64,000 nt of DNA, taken from NCBI GenBank assembly GCA_049644685.1, contig JBARSJ010000071.1, forward strand, positions 35,829 to 99,828. Reading direction: 5' to 3'. Every line of letters begins with the position of its first letter. Position 1 is the stretch's first letter. The notes beneath the pieces are model-generated. The model ran no database searches. It was given only the letters and a program-made list of their open reading frames with translations, and was not told where the DNA came from. Origin of the DNA: Anaerolineales bacterium (GTDB taxonomy: Bacteria > Chloroflexota > Anaerolineae > Anaerolineales > UBA11858). Below, piece by piece: positions 21,072-30,995 of the stretch. The position numbers and the translations under genes were made by a program.

Positions 21072-24000
21072 AAACTTTGAAAAACCTGTTAACCGATTAG
21101 TTGAAGAACTCAGGGAAAGAGCAAAAGAGCTTAATTGCTTATATGAAGTTCAAGAAACCCTGGGCAAACCCGGCATCAAAACTGAGGATGCCCTCAATAG
21201 AATCATCACTGTGCTTCCTCCCGGTTGGCAGTATCCTGAAATCTGCCAATCAGAAATCACTTTTGGGGATATGGTTTTCCGGTCATCAGATTTTGTTAAA
21301 ACACCCTGGGGACAGCACTCGGACGTAATTGTCCAGGATCAAGTAGCTGGAACAATCAGTGTCTACTACACAGAAAAAAAACCAGAGTTGGATGAAGGAC
21401 CATTTCTCAGAGAAGAGCGCAGATTGATTAACACCATCGCTGATCAAGTGGGAAACTTTCTTTTAAACCAACGCCTGCAGGATGTGTTTGAAAGAAAAAG
21501 CAAACCCGACATTGAAACCAAAGCCGGTTGGAGGGTGATCCTCAGTCTTCTGGAAAAGACTGATCCTAATTTGCTTATAACCATAGCTAGAAAAATGGTC
21601 CACCATCTCTGCGGGAGCGGGATAAAAGAAGCCGCAGAACTGCTGGGATTATTCAGTTCTGCTTACCAGGAAGACAGAGAACTGCTCGAAGCGAATTTTC
21701 CCTATCAATTCAAATCAGATGAAGATGTCATTAGCGCTATCGATGAAGTATTTAAACTAGCCGGGAAGAACCTGGATGAAGACGTTATATTAACCAATAT
21801 CCAGCAGTGGATCAGGGAAGATCAATCCGGTTTCTTGATAAATACACTCGTCCAGCCGGGCTCTTCGATACCTGAAATTATTAACGCTCTTGACCGCTAC
21901 CAACATCTCTCCACCCAGGGTTTAGAGTTGTCTGCTGCCAGAGAGCGGAGCGTTCGAGTTTCTCTCATCCGCCGACTGCTTAGTGGGCAAAAAAATTTCA
22001 TTGATACCGCAAAACGCCATGTTAATATTGAGGATTTTATCAAGTTATCGTCACATATAATTTTCCAGCCTGGGAGCTACGGAAAATTAGGAGGGAAGAG
22101 CGCTGGAATCTTCCTGGCAATGGAGATAATCAAAAAGTCAGTTTTTGGCCAGGGTTTACTGCAGCAGGTAAAAATGCCCAAAACCTGGTACATCATATCT
22201 GACGCAATGTTTTCATATATCGAGCATAATAACCTTGAAGAGATCATCGAACATAAATACTTGAATATCGGGGAAATCCGCCAGGAATACCCTTATATAA
22301 TCCACGTCTTTAAAACATCACCTCTCCCACCTGAAATTGTCAAAGGTTTATCCATGGCTCTGGATGATTTCGGGGATGTCCCCCTCATTGTTCGCAGTTC
22401 GAGCTTATTAGAAGACCAGGTTGGGATGTCCTTTGCTGGCAAGTATAAAAGTCTGTTTGTTGCCAATCAGGGAACCAAAGAAGAGCGGTTAAAAAGCCTC
22501 ATGGACGCAATTGCTGAAGTTTATGCATCCATGTACGGCCCGGACCCTATAGAATACAGGCACGAACATAAATTAATCGACCATCACGAAGAAATGGGAA
22601 TCCTGATCCAGGAAGTAGTTGGGAGAAAAATCGGTCCCTATTATTTCCCTACCTTTGCCGGAGTCGCTTTCAGTCAAAATGAGTTCCGGTGGTCCAGCCG
22701 GATCAAGAAGGAGGATGGATTGGTCCGGATTGTCCCCGGATTAGGAACCCGCGCGGTGGATCGGCTGAGTGATGATTATCCAATCCTGGCTGCTCCTGGC
22801 CAACCCGGATTGCGTGTAAATACCTCATTGGATGAAATTGTCCGCTATTCTCCCAAGAAGATCGATGTAATCAATTTAGAAAAAAACATTTTTGAGACAG
22901 TAGAAATACAAAAATTACTTAAAGATTGTGGGGACGAGTACCCAAATATCAAGCAGCTGGTTTCCGTCATTACTCAAGACCAGGCCCAAATCCCCACCGG
23001 TCTGGGACCTGATTTTGAAAAAGATAAATTGACATTTACATTTGATGGCTTGTTTTCTAACTCTCCTTTTCTAAATTTATTACAGGGAGTGTTAAATGAA
23101 CTAGAGGATAAACTGAACCATCCCATAGATATTGAATTTGCCTGTGATGGGGACGATTTTTACCTGCTGCAATGCCGTTCCCAGAGTTACGGTGTAGAAA
23201 ATATTCCAGCTGATATCCCGACTGATATACCTGGAGAACGGGTAATATTCACTGCCGACCGCTATATATCCAATGGAATGATCCCCAATATTAACCATAT
23301 CGTCTATGTCGATCCGGAACAATACAGTCAACTTCCGACACGACAGGATATGTTAGATGTAGGCCGTGCGGTTAGCATGTTAAACAAAATCCTCTCAAAA
23401 AGGAAATTCATCTTGATGGGCCCTGGACGTTGGGGAAGCAGGGGTGATATCAAACTTGGCGTCAGTGTTACTTATTCCGATATCAATAATACAGCAGCGT
23501 TAATAGAAGTAGCCCAAAAACGGGGTGATTATACCCCTGATCTCTCATTCGGCACCCATTTTTTCCAGGACCTTGTCGAATCCTCGATTCGTTATATCCC
23601 CATCTATCCTGATGATTATGGCATCATCTTTAATTCTGAATACTTATTGGAATCAAAAAATACAATCAAGGATATATTGCCAGACTTTGCCCATCTGGAG
23701 AAAATTATCAAGGTGATTGATGTGAAAAATACTTCGAATGGGCAGGTACTGCAAGTTCTGATGAACGCTGAGAAAAACAAGGCAATCGCCATACTCACAG
23801 AGGAAGATGAATTAAGTGAAATCCAAAGCGGATTAAAATCCATCCCGCAAATGGATTCCCGGGAAGATCATTGGCGCTGGCGATTAAAAAGCGCAGAAAC
23901 AATTGCCTCGATGATCGATCCGGACAGATTTGGCGTTAAGGGTTTTTACGTATTCGGAAGTACAAAAAATGCCACCTCCGGTCCAAAAAGTGACATCGAT

Positions 24001-24243
24001 TTATTAATCCATTTTGACGGGAATGATACCCAAGAAAAAGAATTGCGAGTTTGGCTGGAAGGATGGAGCCTGAGTCTCAGCCATATTAACCAATTAAGAA
24101 CGGGTTATAAAACAAGCGGTTTGTTGGATATTGTTATCATCACAGATGAGGAAATTAAAAACCGCAGCAGTTATGCAGTGAAAATTGGAGCAATTTCAGA
24201 TCCTGCAATGCCTCTATCTGTTGGCACAGCTTTGAATAAATAA
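21064..24243 (+). CDS. large multidomain protein: unassigned N-terminal domain + PEP/pyruvate-binding domain + C-terminal Pol-beta-type nucleotidyltransferase domain
   Basis: GGKSAGIFL, VRSSSLLEDQVGMSFAGKY, GPGRWGSRGDIKLGV...SFGTHFFQD; C-terminus FGSTKNATSGPKSDIDLLIHF fits the G[GS]x9-13Dh[DE]h signature; ATGA-type overlap with upstream gene. Confidence 0.75.
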   Translation: MTENFEKPVNRLVEELRERAKELNCLYEVQETLGKPGIKTEDALNRIITVLPPGWQYPEICQSEITFGDMVFRSSDFVKTPWGQHSDVIVQDQVAGTISVYYTEKKPELDEGPFLREERRLINTIADQVGNFLLNQRLQDVFERKSKPDIETKAGWRVILSLLEKTDPNLLITIARKMVHHLCGSGIKEAAELLGLFSSAYQEDRELLEANFPYQFKSDEDVISAIDEVFKLAGKNLDEDVILTNIQQWIREDQSGFLINTLVQPGSSIPEIINALDRYQHLSTQGLELSAARERSVRVSLIRRLLSGQKNFIDTAKRHVNIEDFIKLSSHIIFQPGSYGKLGGKSAGIFLAMEIIKKSVFGQGLLQQVKMPKTWYIISDAMFSYIEHNNLEEIIEHKYLNIGEIRQEYPYIIHVFKTSPLPPEIVKGLSMALDDFGDVPLIVRSSSLLEDQVGMSFAGKYKSLFVANQGTKEERLKSLMDAIAEVYASMYGPDPIEYRHEHKLIDHHEEMGILIQEVVGRKIGPYYFPTFAGVAFSQNEFRWSSRIKKEDGLVRIVPGLGTRAVDRLSDDYPILAAPGQPGLRVNTSLDEIVRYSPKKIDVINLEKNIFETVEIQKLLKDCGDEYPNIKQLVSVITQDQAQIPTGLGPDFEKDKLTFTFDGLFSNSPFLNLLQGVLNELEDKLNHPIDIEFACDGDDFYLLQCRSQSYGVENIPADIPTDIPGERVIFTADRYISNGMIPNINHIVYVDPEQYSQLPTRQDMLDVGRAVSMLNKILSKRKFILMGPGRWGSRGDIKLGVSVTYSDINNTAALIEVAQKRGDYTPDLSFGTHFFQDLVESSIRYIPIYPDDYGIIFNSEYLLESKNTIKDILPDFAHLEKIIKVIDVKNTSNGQVLQVLMNAEKNKAIAILTEEDELSEIQSGLKSIPQMDSREDHWRWRLKSAETIASMIDPDRFGVKGFYVFGSTKNATSGPKSDIDLLIHFDGNDTQEKELRVWLEGWSLSLSHINQLRTGYKTSGLLDIVIITDEEIKNRSSYAVKIGAISDPAMPLSVGTALNK

Positions 24244-24284
24244 GGGCTTTTATTAGGGGAGAATTGGGGGAATAATATCAGGGT

Positions 24285-25139
24285 TCAGTATAATTCGCGC
24301 ACAGCATTCTGGGGTTTATCCGGATCAAACCGGACCAATGCCAACTCAGGTCCATCGTGAGCAGCTGAATAGATAAAAGTCTTTCCGATCTGCTCTTTCC
24401 AGGAGCCAGTTATCCTGGTTGACTCATGAACATGACCGTGCAGGGTAAGAAGAGGCTGGTGATCCATTATCAAGTCTTTGACAGCAATACTGCCCACATG
24501 CAGGTCAACGGGCACATGGTCAATCATTTTGCCATCCAATCCAGCTCGGTCCAATTTTGTTTGGTAAGGTGGAGTGTGGAAGAGAAATATCGAATTTGAT
24601 AAATTATTCTCCCTAATAATATCCTCCAGATCCTGTTTAATTGTCGCATACTGGATGATGTTTTCTGCTTGTTCAACTGAATGCCATCCTTCATCAGGGG
24701 GAATACAGCCTGGATCGACATATCTGGACACATCATACCGTTCCCAATCCTTATTCATGAAAGGTGTTGGGGGAACATATGCATAACCGAAAACAGTGTA
24801 GGAACCAAATTGAGCTGATTGATTATGGATGTATTCCCAAACACCCTCTTTCATCATGTAAGAAATTAAATCTTCTTCGCTGCTCCGGCTGTCGTCGTTG
24901 CCAAGAATCAGGAAAACACGGGGATAATCACCCCCCAGTCTGACTTTTAATTTCATAAACTCCGGGAATAAATAATCCTGGATGAAATTACCTTCCCTCA
25001 TATTTCCAAAAGACGGCAGCAGATCTCCTCCAAGAAAAACAGCTGCGGGTTTTTCTTCCAGGATCTTCGAAAAAAGGACTTGATAACGGTTCAGATGACC
25101 ATGCAGGTCTGACACAAAAAAACAAAGAGACATATTCAA
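24285..25139 (-). CDS. metallophosphoesterase
   Basis: FFVSDLHG, FLGGDLL, LGNDD, FHTPP, HGHVH calcineurin-like phosphoesterase motifs. Confidence 0.85.
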   Translation of the reverse strand: MNMSLCFFVSDLHGHLNRYQVLFSKILEEKPAAVFLGGDLLPSFGNMREGNFIQDYLFPEFMKLKVRLGGDYPRVFLILGNDDSRSSEEDLISYMMKEGVWEYIHNQSAQFGSYTVFGYAYVPPTPFMNKDWERYDVSRYVDPGCIPPDEGWHSVEQAENIIQYATIKQDLEDIIRENNLSNSIFLFHTPPYQTKLDRAGLDGKMIDHVPVDLHVGSIAVKDLIMDHQPLLTLHGHVHESTRITGSWKEQIGKTFIYSAAHDGPELALVRFDPDKPQNAVRELY

Positions 25140-25352
25140 TATCGCTTCAAGCTTATTTATCCCTCATGATTAATTAACTTTCGAGAAATAAGAACTTCGC
25201 TCCAAATTCCTCCCAGCGACTGAGAAAAAATGCTTTTTTGACAGATTGGGTGTTCCATCAGAGAAGATGGTGCTCAATCCAGACAAGGGGATGGTGCTCT
25301 CAATAAAAGCAGGTAGTTACAATATCCTTTTCAAATTCGGGGACATCTTTAA

Positions 25353-25508
25353 TTAATCCCCTTCTTCCCTTCCAATAAGTTCAGGGTGAGCTTTCTCCAT
25401 CTCTTCACGGCTGGTGTAACCAGAGTAATAATATTTTGTTCGACCAATATAATAGTAAACCTTGTAGACACCATTTTCGATTATATAACCTGCCATTTTT
25501 GTAGTCAT
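25353..25508 (-). CDS. possible small protein (51 aa), Tyr-rich, unknown function
   Basis: Not in ORF track (<60 aa). My translation: MTTKMAGYIIENGVYKVYYYIGRTKYYYSGYTSREEMEKAHPELIGREEGD; GAGG 6 nt upstream of ATG. Confidence 0.3.
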   Translation of the reverse strand: MTTKMAGYIIENGVYKVYYYIGRTKYYYSGYTSREEMEKAHPELIGREEGD

Positions 25509-25723
25509 AAAACCTCTGCTTGTGATTTGCGGTGGGATAAATTTTCTTGCACAAGAAAATTTAACTCATGCTCAACTATCTTATCTATCTCCTGTTTGGG
25601 GTCGGAGCAAACAGAGATAAAAGATCAACCATAAAAGTGGGATTTCCAACAATTCCGCAGATGATATAGACTAGCATACCATTCCTCCATCCGTTCATCA
25701 ACTATCTGGGTTTGTTTAGTTGG

Positions 25724-26059
25724 TCAGTGCAAAATACCACCTAACAAAAAGATAGCAATTATCCCCCCGAAAATTTGGATTACTAACCAAATTATTGTAG
25801 CCAGACCTAAGCTTTTAATAACTCTTCCCAGGAGCGCGCCGACAAGGAACCAGTATCCAAGATGAATAGCAATAAATAGAAAGATTGACTCTGGCAGGAC
25901 TGGTGATAGTGACATGCTAATAATGCTGGGAGCCACAATCCCAAAAGAGAGGATGGAGAGGGGTTTAATAAGAAATCCAACTAGATACAATATCCCCGCA
26001 GCAACTACAGAGAGAAACCCTAGCTGAAGCCATCGAGGCCAACTTCGAATTTTGTCCAT
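25724..26059 (-). CDS. small integral membrane protein (3-4 TM), unknown function
   Basis: 111 aa, almost entirely hydrophobic helices (LGFLSVVAAGILYLVGFLI..., ATIIWLVIQIFGGIIAIFLLGGIL). Confidence 0.6.
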   Translation of the reverse strand: MDKIRSWPRWLQLGFLSVVAAGILYLVGFLIKPLSILSFGIVAPSIISMSLSPVLPESIFLFIAIHLGYWFLVGALLGRVIKSLGLATIIWLVIQIFGGIIAIFLLGGILH

Positions 26060-26306
26060 CTTACACTCCTTTATTCTGTGAGGATTCTAACCTCATTTGA
26101 TAAGAAGAGGGTTCCCTGCTAATAAGGGGAATACCTTCAATATAGCAAATTAATTGACTTTATTCAATTCAGCAAACAAGATATGTTCCATCTATCAACA
26201 GGACTGACTTTATATTGGCTGATGTTTTGCTCAACCAAAATAAAAAGCCTCCTTTTCCCCACATTCAAGGCAAAGAAAGCTTTAGGACTAATCCTGGCGT
26301 TTCTAG

Positions 26307-26379
26307 CGCCCTCGGCAGGATTCGAACCTGCAGCCGTCGGATTAGAAGTCCGGTGCTCTATCCATTGAGCTACGAGGGC
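26307..26379 (-). tRNA. tRNA-Arg (anticodon TCT)
   Basis: Minus strand reads GCCCTCG-TA-GCTC-AATGGATA-GAGC-A-CCGGA-CTTCTAA-TCCGA-CGGCT-GCAGG-TTCGAAT-CCTGC-CGAGGGC-G; cloverleaf folds by hand; CCA not encoded. Confidence 0.9.
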
Positions 26380-26405
26380 ATTTTGTCCAGCTGTACAACC
26401 GGCCC

Positions 26406-26846
26406 TTAATTTCCAGGGGCGGGCCGGATCCCTTTATAAACCCGCGGACCGGAAATTGTCTGTAAAATTTTCTGAGGTTGACGATCAAGCACTTCTGCCA
26501 GCTCATTTGGAGATAAGGGCTGGTTGCCATTGGAGAGGAAAAGCCGGAATAAGGATTCGGTGAGTGTTGTGTGCTCAGTAATGAACTGATCTTCCCGCGC
26601 GCAATGGGAAATCAAGGTATGCTGCAATCCATCCACAGATTGTACTTCCGCAGTATCAGGATCTATCCAATCTACTTCCTCATCTCCGGAGAGGTCCGCG
26701 TACATCTTCTGGTGTTCTTCACAGAGGCAGCTCCGCAAATGAACCCGCCAGGAACGGTCAGTTTCTTTCCACCAATCGAAGTCTATTTGAAACGGTGTTT
26801 CAACCGTAGGTTTCAACATACTCGATAACTTAGGTTTTGACACCAC
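26406..26846 (-). CDS. hypothetical protein (146 aa)
   Basis: ORF directly downstream of 26876-28459 and upstream of tRNA-Arg on same strand; no motif recognised. Confidence 0.6.
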   Translation of the reverse strand: MVSKPKLSSMLKPTVETPFQIDFDWWKETDRSWRVHLRSCLCEEHQKMYADLSGDEEVDWIDPDTAEVQSVDGLQHTLISHCAREDQFITEHTTLTESLFRLFLSNGNQPLSPNELAEVLDRQPQKILQTISGPRVYKGIRPAPGN

Positions 26847-26875
26847 TTCTCTCCTTCCTCCAGATCTGGTTTAAA

Positions 26876-28459
26876 TTATTTCCTTTCAGAATCATCAAAC
26901 CTGAAATGCAAATCTCCCACATGGACAAACCAGGGTCGGCTTTCCAACAAGGACATCAACGGTCCCGGCGGGCAGCGGCGGACAGTATTGACAGCCGCGT
27001 ACAATTCGGTCACATGGACATGTCCCTGAGGGTTAAGTTTTGTCAATTCACGCACAGAATCCACTACTATTTGCTCAAATGGCGGCGGATCATTCTGGTT
27101 TTTTTCCCAGACCAGATCGACTGGGTCAATATCCGGGACGATTATCGCCATCCTTTCATTATAATCTGAGGAAACAATTTGCTTCAGGGTGGCAAAAACC
27201 AATTCCCCATCAGATCCAACCAGGATCGTCCGCATCCATTCCTTAGTTGACCGGGATCTTTTAGTTTCAACGATCACTTCCCCGGGTTCTTTTCCGGATT
27301 TGATATAGACGATACCTCCCGGAATCAACCCGTTCTTTTCGTACCATCCCTTTAATCCCGAAACATAACGCTCATTTCGAACTACCCAGCCAGGAAATCG
27401 TTCTCCGGTATTTCCATCAATCAGGGTAAAGCGGATCCGGGGAGCTTCATAGGCGGTTGGAAATAACGGCAGTACCCGCTCGGATAAAGGAAGCGTACCC
27501 GCCCGCCAATGGGGAAAAATTAATCGGACTTCAACATTCTTCTCCGCTTTCAAGCGGTGAGCTTTCCAGGGAGTTAACTCATCATCGAGAGATTTCTCCA
27601 AAGAGAGCATTTCCTCAGTTAACGAGTCAGGATCATACTCAATCGGCATATACCGCAGGAACACTGGTGTTTCCTGAACACTCTCTGGTTCCAGTGATTT
27701 CAAATACCAGGCAACAATTCCCGCTGGCCCCACTTCGTCAAACCGGGGGTCTTCCTGCAGTGCATGGTCGAGAGAAAAATCGATTAAATTTGAATTAACA
27801 TCTGCGGGCAAATCTATTTGTTTTACCAGATCAGCAGTAGAAAGAGGACCACCCCGGTTCATATCCAGGACAGCTTCTGCCAGATTCAAATGCCCTGCAT
27901 TCACATCGACCAGCAATGCCTGTAGGAACCAACGTCCCGCGATCTGAACAAAATCCTCAGAGTCTGATAGTCCCAGCTCAATTTGGTCCACAAGCAAGTC
28001 ACTGTATTCAGCAGCCACTGTTTCCGTATTTAACGAATCTGCCTCGGCAGCTTCCGGGGGAATATTCAGGAGATGATCATCAAGGCCCGAAGCGAATTCA
28101 TGCTGTTCTCCCCCATCAAATTCAACCTTAATAACGCTGAATTGACCAACAGCGGGATTTTCGCCGGACCGCAGACCAACTACTTCACCTTTTTGCCACT
28201 CAAATGCGGGGAAAACCAGCTTATTACCCACTTCATATTGATCTTTCGGATAAAAGATATCGTTCCCATCCAGACGTTTCTTTTCCAGGTGGATTTTCTC
28301 CCTGGATATCCTCTGGGCAATCAAAATAGGCATGAGCTGTTCTGAAGTCAATGGTGTTTCATTTTCCAGAAGATACTCATAGAGGTATGTAATATCTTCT
28401 TCTTCCAACTCATATTCCTCCCAGTAATTCTCTCGGAGGGATAATACTGCTGTAACCAT
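26876..28459 (-). CDS. hypothetical protein (527 aa), acidic, no recognised catalytic motif
   Basis: Long uninterrupted ORF; only short shadow ORFs on the opposite strand; N-terminal segment vaguely winged-helix-like (inference only). Confidence 0.7.
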   Translation of the reverse strand: MVTAVLSLRENYWEEYELEEEDITYLYEYLLENETPLTSEQLMPILIAQRISREKIHLEKKRLDGNDIFYPKDQYEVGNKLVFPAFEWQKGEVVGLRSGENPAVGQFSVIKVEFDGGEQHEFASGLDDHLLNIPPEAAEADSLNTETVAAEYSDLLVDQIELGLSDSEDFVQIAGRWFLQALLVDVNAGHLNLAEAVLDMNRGGPLSTADLVKQIDLPADVNSNLIDFSLDHALQEDPRFDEVGPAGIVAWYLKSLEPESVQETPVFLRYMPIEYDPDSLTEEMLSLEKSLDDELTPWKAHRLKAEKNVEVRLIFPHWRAGTLPLSERVLPLFPTAYEAPRIRFTLIDGNTGERFPGWVVRNERYVSGLKGWYEKNGLIPGGIVYIKSGKEPGEVIVETKRSRSTKEWMRTILVGSDGELVFATLKQIVSSDYNERMAIIVPDIDPVDLVWEKNQNDPPPFEQIVVDSVRELTKLNPQGHVHVTELYAAVNTVRRCPPGPLMSLLESRPWFVHVGDLHFRFDDSERK

Positions 28460-28596
28460 AAATCTGCCTCAAACAAATGGAAAAAATAATGACCTGAAAA
28501 CATTTAGATTTCAAGCCTGTATATTATACTCTACTCTCTCTGCCAGACAACCTTTGAAGAGAGCGAATCCCCCCAGAACCTGATGGCAGCCGTTTT

Positions 28597-29994
28597 TCAA
28601 GGATAACTATCAACCAGCCAATCCATCGGATCAACTTGAATACCGCCCACCCAAACTTCCCAATGCAGGTGCGGACCACTGGATCTGCCGGTTGATCCTA
28701 CTCTCCCTACCAGATCCCCGGTTTTCACACGATCCCCCTTCTGAACCAGGAATTCGGATTGATGAGCATAAAGAGTATATACCCCCCACCCATGGTTAAT
28801 CATAGTCGTATTGCCGTGGATCAGCAGGTTGCCAGTGTAGACAACCTTTCCAGGCGCAGGCGCCAGTATATTTCCTCCCATCGCCCCGCAAAAATCCAAC
28901 CCTGAATGGAAATAAAAGAAACCACTGCCGTTGTAGGAGCGGCGGTTGCCAAAAAAGGACACCCAGCATTTGCTCAGTTCCACCGGAACCGGACTCAGGA
29001 AATCTCCTTCCCAGAATTTATTACCAGTCGCCTGGTCGGCGAACTCCTCCAAAAACTCGGTTTCCTCATCGGTGAGATCCACACCAATAGTTTTCGAAGG
29101 CACATTTAAGATTTCCTCGTAGGGATATTCCCCGCTTCTAATCTGCACCATTTGAGTATGGGCAAATGGTGTACCATCCGGCAGTGTCCCAAAAACGGAG
29201 AGCGGTTTTAAACCCAGGTTTTCTTTGGCATGTAAACCCTGCAGTGCCAGGTAGTTCACCCCGGTTTCTGAGAAGAAAGAAAGCGGATATTCACCCAGGT
29301 ATCCCTGGATAATTGTGCCTTCGGGAGCCTTTACTTTAAATACAGAAGTATGCCCCTGAATAAAGCGATTGGGTGTGTAAGTTACACTCTGTATCTCTTC
29401 CGGAAATGCACCTGGTCCAGAGGAGTCTGTACCCTGAACGTAGAGCACCTCTCCGGGGATCAGGTCCCATTCTCCACCCTGATCATTGGTGATTATCAGG
29501 TCCCAGGGATTGAGGTTTTCAATCACAGCCAATTCAAGGGAAGATTGTTCAGGCGCGAGTGAGACCCGCTTTCCTGCCTGGTCAAGGGTTTCAGTTTCTG
29601 CCACCAGCACCGTGGATACTCCAACATAAAGTTCCATCGGGCTGGTTAACCGGTTCAATTTAACCAAAGCATCCAGCGGAACATCATAACGCCGGCTGAT
29701 GCTCTGTAAAGATTCCCCATACTCTACCTTAACTATTGAAAGCACACCAGAAACATCTTCCAGTCCGGGTATTTCCAACACTTTACCGGGGATAATGGAA
29801 CTCTCACCGGTTAACTGATTGGCAGCCAGGAGTTCGTCATAAGAGATATGAAGATTTCTGGCAATAGTCCACAGCGTATCTCCAGCCTGGACAATATAGG
29901 TTGGTCCTCCGGCCTGGTTTTCCCTGGCAAACACAGGATTAAACAGACTGAAGGTCAACACCAAAAGAACACTAATCTTGATAATTTTTTTCAA
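28597..29994 (-). CDS. secreted LysM-domain / M23-family metallopeptidase
   Basis: Signal peptide MKKIIKISVLLVLTFSLFNPVFA; two LysM repeats (YIVQAGDTLWTIA, VEYGESLQSIS); M23 motifs HSGLDF and GPHLHWEV. Confidence 0.9.
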   Translation of the reverse strand: MKKIIKISVLLVLTFSLFNPVFARENQAGGPTYIVQAGDTLWTIARNLHISYDELLAANQLTGESSIIPGKVLEIPGLEDVSGVLSIVKVEYGESLQSISRRYDVPLDALVKLNRLTSPMELYVGVSTVLVAETETLDQAGKRVSLAPEQSSLELAVIENLNPWDLIITNDQGGEWDLIPGEVLYVQGTDSSGPGAFPEEIQSVTYTPNRFIQGHTSVFKVKAPEGTIIQGYLGEYPLSFFSETGVNYLALQGLHAKENLGLKPLSVFGTLPDGTPFAHTQMVQIRSGEYPYEEILNVPSKTIGVDLTDEETEFLEEFADQATGNKFWEGDFLSPVPVELSKCWVSFFGNRRSYNGSGFFYFHSGLDFCGAMGGNILAPAPGKVVYTGNLLIHGNTTMINHGWGVYTLYAHQSEFLVQKGDRVKTGDLVGRVGSTGRSSGPHLHWEVWVGGIQVDPMDWLVDSYP

Positions 29995-30349
29995 AGTCCA
30001 GTTTATCTCCTAGATTAAAATCGGGGATCCTATCCGGGGTGATTTCCAGCACATATCGGGCAGGGTGCTTTGGGGTATACATTGGTTTCCAGCTTTCCGC
30101 CAGTTGAATATCGACAATCTCCCGGTTGTTGTTCAACCAGATAACACCCAGATCCATTCCCACAAAAAACATGTGAATGGCAGCATTGCCCCGGCTTTCA
30201 TTCTTTTGGACAAGCAGTAATCCATCAGCTGAATCCAATTCCTTCCGGAACATTAAACCCCGTAAGCGGCAGAAAAATGTGTCACAATTTTTTACTCGAA
30301 GCGGTTTCTCCAAACTTCGGGTTTTATTAATGACATTTACTTTCATCAT
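29972..30349 (-). CDS. DUF192-family protein
   Basis: ~125 aa, RLRGLMFR...IHMFFVGMDLGVIWL...YVLEI pattern I associate with DUF192 (COG1430). Confidence 0.75.
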   Translation of the reverse strand: MMKVNVINKTRSLEKPLRVKNCDTFFCRLRGLMFRKELDSADGLLLVQKNESRGNAAIHMFFVGMDLGVIWLNNNREIVDIQLAESWKPMYTPKHPARYVLEITPDRIPDFNLGDKLDFEKNYQD

Positions 30350-30377
30350 GATGAATAGTTGCTGGAACCAGGGAAGT

Positions 30378-30770
30378 TTATTCCCCTGTTTGAGAGAGCA
30401 CGTACTTCACTCGTTCAGCCAATTCTTCTGGGCGGAAAGGTTTTGTGATATAGTCATCCACTTTTGCTACCTGCCGCCATAATACAATATCAATGCTCTG
30501 GACTTTTGCCGTAACAACGATGACCGGGATATCCCGTGTTTTTTCGTTTTCTTTTAAGCGTTGAAACACCTGTGTTCCATCCATTTCCGGCATCATTAGA
30601 TCCAGCAGGATCAGATCAGGAGGTTCTTCATTAACCAAAGCCAGACCTTCTTCACCGCCATTTGCTCCCAGGACTTCATACCCCTCTCTGGCCAGAATCA
30701 ACTTCATCAGATTTGTGGTCTCTGGTTCATCCTCAATGCAAATGATCCGTTTTTTGTCCGCCATTGTCAA
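30378..30770 (-). CDS. single-domain response regulator (CheY-like receiver)
   Basis: IEDEP acidic pocket, DLILLDLMMPEMDG phospho-acceptor Asp, VVTAK conserved Lys. Confidence 0.9.
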   Translation of the reverse strand: MTMADKKRIICIEDEPETTNLMKLILAREGYEVLGANGGEEGLALVNEEPPDLILLDLMMPEMDGTQVFQRLKENEKTRDIPVIVVTAKVQSIDIVLWRQVAKVDDYITKPFRPEELAERVKYVLSQTGE

Positions 30771-30995
30771 ATCCCTTTCTAATCAACTGTAAGTTTACCA
30801 TAATTTGGGAGGGATTACACTTACTTACCAGGTTTGCCTCAGAGGGCAGATTCAGAATGATTTCCAGTCGAAATTAGCGAAATCTGAGCTTAATAAAGAA
30901 AAAAACGGGGCACCTTCTCTCCCTTGTCACCAGTTTGACTGTAGAATATAATCACGAGGCAGATTTATGGTCAACTTTGGACAATAAGGGTAATA

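Noticed and set aside
24244-26306. Genomic island integrated at the 3' end of tRNA-Arg
   Set aside because: I found no direct repeat of the tRNA 3' end (GGCAGGATTCGAA) downstream and no integrase. There are only small membrane or unknown ORFs.
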